A stretch of DNA of 60,654 bases from a virus (lineage: Duplodnaviria; Caudoviricetes): the IMG/VR virus record IMGVR_UViG_3300023174_000180, positions 1 to 60,654 of that record; one strand, given 5' to 3'. The position numbers were made by a program, and so were the translations under genes. Below are positions 56,214-60,654 of the stretch, piece after piece; the first letter of the stretch is position 1, and every line of letters starts with the position of its first letter. The notes under the pieces were generated by a model. It saw only the letters and a program-made list of their open reading frames with translations, had not been told where the DNA came from and did no database searches.

Positions 56214-58346
56214 ATGATTGCTTCTGGTTATATATATAGAAACATCTTAAACCAAACTGGAAATTTTAAAACCAATTGGAGGATTTCTGCAGACAATAAA
56301 ACTGGAGTATGCGAATTTGGTTTGAGCGGAAGCGTAGCACCTTATAGTAAATATAGTTATTTATTATCTGGAGGAGAAATTTATGATTCTTCTAATAAAC
56401 TTATAACTTCCTATGAGAATGGGGTAAGTTTTACGATTCAAAATGATTTTATAAATAAAGCAGATACTTTTATCTTTAATAATGAAATACAATATTTTCA
56501 TAAACCCATAGCTGATAATTATAATTTTAATTATTTTTACGTTAATCCTTCTGGATGTACAATAAATTTTGATTTTGAATTTCAAGGAGAAAGTACTGAA
56601 TTAGACGTTTTTACTTTAAACGCCAAAACAAAAAATTTAAATACAAATATCACAAATAGAAATATCACAGGCAGATTAATAAATAAAAAACCAGACTTAG
56701 AAATTAAAGTTTTTAAAGCAGACGTTCTACAAGAAAATCCTAATTATTACGTAGAAGGTTTTCCAATTAGCTTTTATGAAACTGGAGAATTCTACATTAA
56801 GCCAACCCTTGAAGATGATCCCTTCTTTGTAGATGAAATTATACCAATAAGGTTTTATACTAATTTTGGAAATATTGATAAAAATATATCAATTACAGGA
56901 AAATTTTTTGATCTAGAGTTCGATTATTTATTCACTACTCCATCTGACGAAGATATTTTAGTTCCTTGGTCTGGTTTAAGAAATGTATATTTATACTATG
57001 GAAATAATAATGGCGCAAGTCTAAAATTTAATTTGACTTATGAAAGTGGAGAGACTGGCTACATATATGGACCAATACCAGTTTCTGGAAATTACTCTAC
57101 TATAATAAGCGGATATGTAAGTGGATCTGGGTACATATCTAAAATTATAGAAGATTATGTAAATTTTACTGGATATAATGATTTTGAAAAAAGAAGATTT
57201 GTAAGTGGTGTCACAGGTTTTGAACTTTCTAAATATATTTATGCTACAGGTTTTGTTGAGTATAATTATAGTTTGACTGGTACTGGGTTAGGTACTGGCA
57301 TAATATATAAAGATATATACTCCTCTGGTTTAGTTGATAGAAAAATATCTGGCTATGTACCTTATCTTGGCGGTGGAGCTATCTTTTTTGGCGAAGACTA
57401 TTTCTTGGGTACTGGATTTGATGCAGATGAAAACAATAATAAAGTAATAATAACTGGTTACGCTATTTCTGGAATTGGTAATAAAAAATTATACTATACT
57501 GGTTCTATAACAGGAATAAACTTAAATGAAGGTCAATATTATGATAAATTATTTGAATATAAATTTATAAAAGAAGATTTTTATTATACATCTCCAGCTT
57601 ATACATTAACTGGCACTGGTTATGCAACAAATTTTAATTTAAAAACTGGTATAGTTGATGAAAAGTTTTTCATTAATTTTGACGAAGGATATTATTTTTT
57701 TGATAAAGAAAGTAGAAGTCGTACTGGATTCTATAATATATCTGACGAAACTAAAGTCATAACTGGGCTATCTGGATTATTGAATTGTAATTTTAGTCAA
57801 GATAGAAAATATATAGGCGTCGGTAATATGAGTGGAAATAATAATTTCCATCTATTTATTAGTGCATGCTATAAATCTGGAATTTATTTTAAATATTTAG
57901 CTACTGGTTCTGGTTATAATATTAAATATTATATATTAAACTCATCTGGAGAACCAGAATCTTTAGATATTAATGTGCCAAAATTTGTTACAATTTCGCC
58001 CAGTCAACAGGAGATGTCTTTTAATAGAGAAAATATAGACTACTTAACTAAGAATATTTATGGATCAGAAATTAGAACAAGAATATCTCATATTGGAAAA
58101 ACTTCAAGTGGTAGTGGTTATTTTAATAATATATTTTCTGCTGGAGGAGTTGGATGCGACAATAGTGGAGTATGGATTCACGAGGCTCCTGCAATTGAAA
58201 AAATAGATAAATACTACTCTCCTTTATTTTTATCAAATGTTAATGTTAATATACTAAGCCATGAAGATACATACTACCATTTTTATGATAATTCTTTGAA
58301 TTTAAAAGTATTAAAGTCTGGAACAAGAATAGGAAATATAGTGTAA
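56214..58346 (+). CDS. tail-associated protein with dense [S/T]G motifs
   Basis: 710 aa, Tyr/Gly/Ser/Thr-rich. Confidence 0.65.
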   Translation: MIASGYIYRNILNQTGNFKTNWRISADNKTGVCEFGLSGSVAPYSKYSYLLSGGEIYDSSNKLITSYENGVSFTIQNDFINKADTFIFNNEIQYFHKPIADNYNFNYFYVNPSGCTINFDFEFQGESTELDVFTLNAKTKNLNTNITNRNITGRLINKKPDLEIKVFKADVLQENPNYYVEGFPISFYETGEFYIKPTLEDDPFFVDEIIPIRFYTNFGNIDKNISITGKFFDLEFDYLFTTPSDEDILVPWSGLRNVYLYYGNNNGASLKFNLTYESGETGYIYGPIPVSGNYSTIISGYVSGSGYISKIIEDYVNFTGYNDFEKRRFVSGVTGFELSKYIYATGFVEYNYSLTGTGLGTGIIYKDIYSSGLVDRKISGYVPYLGGGAIFFGEDYFLGTGFDADENNNKVIITGYAISGIGNKKLYYTGSITGINLNEGQYYDKLFEYKFIKEDFYYTSPAYTLTGTGYATNFNLKTGIVDEKFFINFDEGYYFFDKESRSRTGFYNISDETKVITGLSGLLNCNFSQDRKYIGVGNMSGNNNFHLFISACYKSGIYFKYLATGSGYNIKYYILNSSGEPESLDINVPKFVTISPSQQEMSFNRENIDYLTKNIYGSEIRTRISHIGKTSSGSGYFNNIFSAGGVGCDNSGVWIHEAPAIEKIDKYYSPLFLSNVNVNILSHEDTYYHFYDNSLNLKVLKSGTRIGNIV
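58341..58346 (+). promoter_or_regulatory. GTGTAA motif overlapping the stop codon of the upstream gene
   Basis: 10 nt before ATG 58357. Confidence 0.65.
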
Positions 58347-58356
58347 ATCTTAAGTA

Positions 58357-59559
58357 ATGAATACCGTTTATATATCCTATCAAAACGCTAATCAGGCTTC
58401 AAGTTCTTCAGTAAGTTCTAGTTCATCAAGGTCTAGTTCATCAAGGTCTAGTTCATCAAGGTCTAGTTTGTTAGTATCTAGTTCTTCTATTTCTTCTGGA
58501 GATGGTGGTTCATCTGGAGTCGGTGGAGGCGCTGGCGCTCCTTGCGGTGGAGGCCATGCTTGCAGTAGGGCAACATTCGATATTGCTATAGGATATGGGT
58601 CAAGTCTTACAAGCAATATATCTGCTGGCCCTGGAGATGTTGTGGTATTAAGGGCAGAATTAAACAATACAGGACCAGGCAACGGAGGACCCGATAATGG
58701 GCCAGGTCCAGCTCCTTTTGATGGCACTATGGATAGATATAGTTCTGCAGTAATTACAGCAGAAAAAAGTGCAGAGATTTTTGGAGCAGATGACCATAAT
58801 AATCAAACTAAAACTTATAGCGTTAAAATTATTCCAATTCCAGAAAATACAAATCCTCATACTGGTATAACTTGGGTAAGAATTAAAAATACTTGTGGCC
58901 AAATAGTTTATAGCTGTTGCTTATCTTTGGGTGGCGGAAATACTCAGCCTCCTCTCCCCCCTAATTCATATGGAGCAGCAGGCTCAAATCAAATTTTCAA
59001 AATAATAAATTATGCTTCTAATGCTAATGATCCAAAATGGTTGAGTTTAATATCTTCAAGATTAGTTAATAATGACTTGAGTAGTTATCCAACATTTAAT
59101 ATTAAAAATATAAATAAATTTAAATTTAATGAAATATATTATTCTAATGAAAAAGATAAAGCAATAGGTGATGTTAGAGATTTTGGTAAAGGATTCGTTA
59201 GTCTAATGACCGCTAGCCAATTTTTAGATTTATGTATAAAAAGACCAAATCAATCAAAAACTGATCAAAAATTCTTTAAAGTATTTGAAAGTAATTGTCC
59301 AATCGTAATGCCATCTATCCAAGTCATACAATTCAAAAATGGAGATTTTCATTTGCTTCACAGCAGAGGAAAAGCCACAGTTCATGCGATAAAAAGTAAA
59401 TATGGGCATGATCATTTAGTGCCAGTTTTTATTGGTTTGCAAAATTTTGATAATCAAATAGGCATTAAAGAAATTGTGAACAATTTAAATAGAGGCGTAG
59501 TAGGTGAAGATGGATTGTCAAGGTCAAAGGATGCTTTTTCTTCAAACTATTATGAGTAA
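58357..59559 (+). CDS. Ser/Gly-rich multidomain protein
   Basis: SSSSR tract, Gly/Pro/Cys/His-rich middle domain, globular C-terminal domain. Confidence 0.65.
   Translation: MNTVYISYQNANQASSSSVSSSSSRSSSSRSSSSRSSLLVSSSSISSGDGGSSGVGGGAGAPCGGGHACSRATFDIAIGYGSSLTSNISAGPGDVVVLRAELNNTGPGNGGPDNGPGPAPFDGTMDRYSSAVITAEKSAEIFGADDHNNQTKTYSVKIIPIPENTNPHTGITWVRIKNTCGQIVYSCCLSLGGGNTQPPLPPNSYGAAGSNQIFKIINYASNANDPKWLSLISSRLVNNDLSSYPTFNIKNINKFKFNEIYYSNEKDKAIGDVRDFGKGFVSLMTASQFLDLCIKRPNQSKTDQKFFKVFESNCPIVMPSIQVIQFKNGDFHLLHSRGKATVHAIKSKYGHDHLVPVFIGLQNFDNQIGIKEIVNNLNRGVVGEDGLSRSKDAFSSNYYE
58417..58468 (+). repeat. 15-nt tandem repeat (about 3.5 copies) encoding SSSSR
   Basis: tctagttcatcaagg x3 plus partial copy. 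Confidence 0.9.
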
Positions 59560-59561
59560 TA

Positions 59562-59906
59562 ATGTTAAATCGTTCTATCTTTTTAAAATTAAAACAATCA
59601 TCTGAAGACAAATTAATATTAAATTTATTAAGTTTAATAAGATCATATTATAGCAATAATAGCGTATTAATAAAAAACGTATCTAATTTACCAAATAACA
59701 CTTACTATATAAATAAAACTGGTTACTTAGAAGGATATATTCTCCAAGAAGGTAATTACTATTTGAACTTATTAGTTTCTAAAAATGGGCTTTTAGAAAA
59801 TAAATATTTATTTATTAGAGCTACAAGTTCAAAGAAACAAAAATCTTATTTATATAAAGTTACAAATGCTAAAAATGTTGGTTTTATAAAATTTAGGGAT
59901 ATTTAA
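59562..59906 (+). CDS. hypothetical basic protein
   Basis: 114-aa ORF filling the gap between co-oriented genes. Confidence 0.55.
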   Translation: MLNRSIFLKLKQSSEDKLILNLLSLIRSYYSNNSVLIKNVSNLPNNTYYINKTGYLEGYILQEGNYYLNLLVSKNGLLENKYLFIRATSSKKQKSYLYKVTNAKNVGFIKFRDI

Positions 59907-59908
59907 AT

Positions 59909-60654
59909 ATGGCTAGTTCTTCTTTAAGTTGCCAAAATTCCTCAAGTATTCCAAATCAATTTTTAATTGAATTAAATGCTAGTGGAGACTATAAGGTAAC
60001 TCCTAGCGGATATCAGACTTTACATAAGATGATAATTTATGATGAAGTTGCTTCTGGAATTTATAGTGGAAGATATGAAACTCCATATTTACCTTATGAT
60101 GGAATTAATACATTAGCTTTAACTGGAATTGTTTCTGGAGTTTTAAGTTCAACATCTGCTGGAGTAGTTACTGGATTTAAAATTGGCATAACTGGAATTA
60201 AAAGTGGTATTGTAAAAAATATAGCTTCTGTACAAACAAAATTAAATCCATCTACTAGGGTAGAATTAAAAACAATCTTTAAAGATACTAACGAATATCT
60301 TTATGAAAATGAATATGACGGAGCGCAAATTTTAAATCTTATTGATGTAAATTATAGTAACGCAAATGGATTATCTACGTTTCAAAAAACATCAAGAGAA
60401 ATTTTTAAAGAAGCTTTTTGTTGTAAAAATTTTGAAATTGGTGTTATCAAATTTGCAGGAAAAGATAATTTAGAACTATTTGATTTTACAGAAGATGAAG
60501 CAAGCTTAATTAATTATATACAAAACTTAAGACCAGTTGAAAAAAATTATCCAGGTTCAGCAATAAATCAAGCTCTTGATATGGCTGCAACTGCAAATTG
60601 GAAATCTAATAAAACTAAAATTGTCAATATAATATCTAACAATAAACCTTATAT
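59909..60654 (+). CDS. tail-associated protein with degenerate vWA-like domain, partial (runs off window)
   Basis: Manual translation open to the window end: MASSSLSCQN...ILNLIDVNYS...EIGVIKF...DFTED...AINQALDMAATANWKSNKTKIVNIISN. Confidence 0.65.
   Translation, partial: MASSSLSCQNSSSIPNQFLIELNASGDYKVTPSGYQTLHKMIIYDEVASGIYSGRYETPYLPYDGINTLALTGIVSGVLSSTSAGVVTGFKIGITGIKSGIVKNIASVQTKLNPSTRVELKTIFKDTNEYLYENEYDGAQILNLIDVNYSNANGLSTFQKTSREIFKEAFCCKNFEIGVIKFAGKDNLELFDFTEDEASLINYIQNLRPVEKNYPGSAINQALDMAATANWKSNKTKIVNIISNNKPY

Noticed and set aside
3107-58902. Short minus-strand ORFs inside long plus-strand genes (e.g. 3107, 9483, 26565-28508, 32732, 33293, 41954, 44087, 58392)
   Set aside because: Fully antisense to well-supported genes, no motifs or start signals; expected from codon bias
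1-60654. tRNA/rRNA genes, introns, inteins, stop-codon recoding, tail sheath
   Set aside because: No cloverleaf or rRNA-like sequence seen; the standard code gives dense intact ORFs using all three stops; TerL and capsid genes are uninterrupted; no sheath-like ORF precedes the tube gene

Overview
The window is part of a large, AT-rich tailed dsDNA phage genome (siphovirus-like: tail tube and tape measure, no sheath seen). Lipoprotein lysis genes point to a diderm host. Bases 1-1300 are the end of a more GC-rich, minus-strand early-type region built from repeated promoter + small-gene cassettes. A non-coding strand-switch zone follows, then an accessory block (HNH, two papain-like proteins, nucleotidyltransferase, PhoH, trypsin-like protease, Ser-rich FN3-like protein, RCC1 protein). 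Next comes a coupled operon (Zn-ribbon protein, sigma-like factor, unknown protein, ERCC4-like nuclease, TerL), then portal, a fibre/adhesin cluster, a lysis module interrupted by BspA-type LRR and GT2 genes, head, neck and tail genes, a 2020-aa tape measure protein and tail-tip genes. Best leads: (1) a GTGTAA(T) element just upstream of at least 14 late genes, often leaderless, matching a phage sigma factor with a Cys-rich insert; (2) strong [S/T]G enrichment in unrelated virion proteins near a phage glycosyltransferase, a possible glycosylation sequon; (3) repeated early cassettes with paralogous micro-proteins and a TAAGTCGTTGAT palindromic element; (4) a nested scaffold start and repeated protease-site-like motifs; (5) FN3-like domains with missing or orphan strands. 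All calls come from reading motifs and synteny by eye; no database searches were run.
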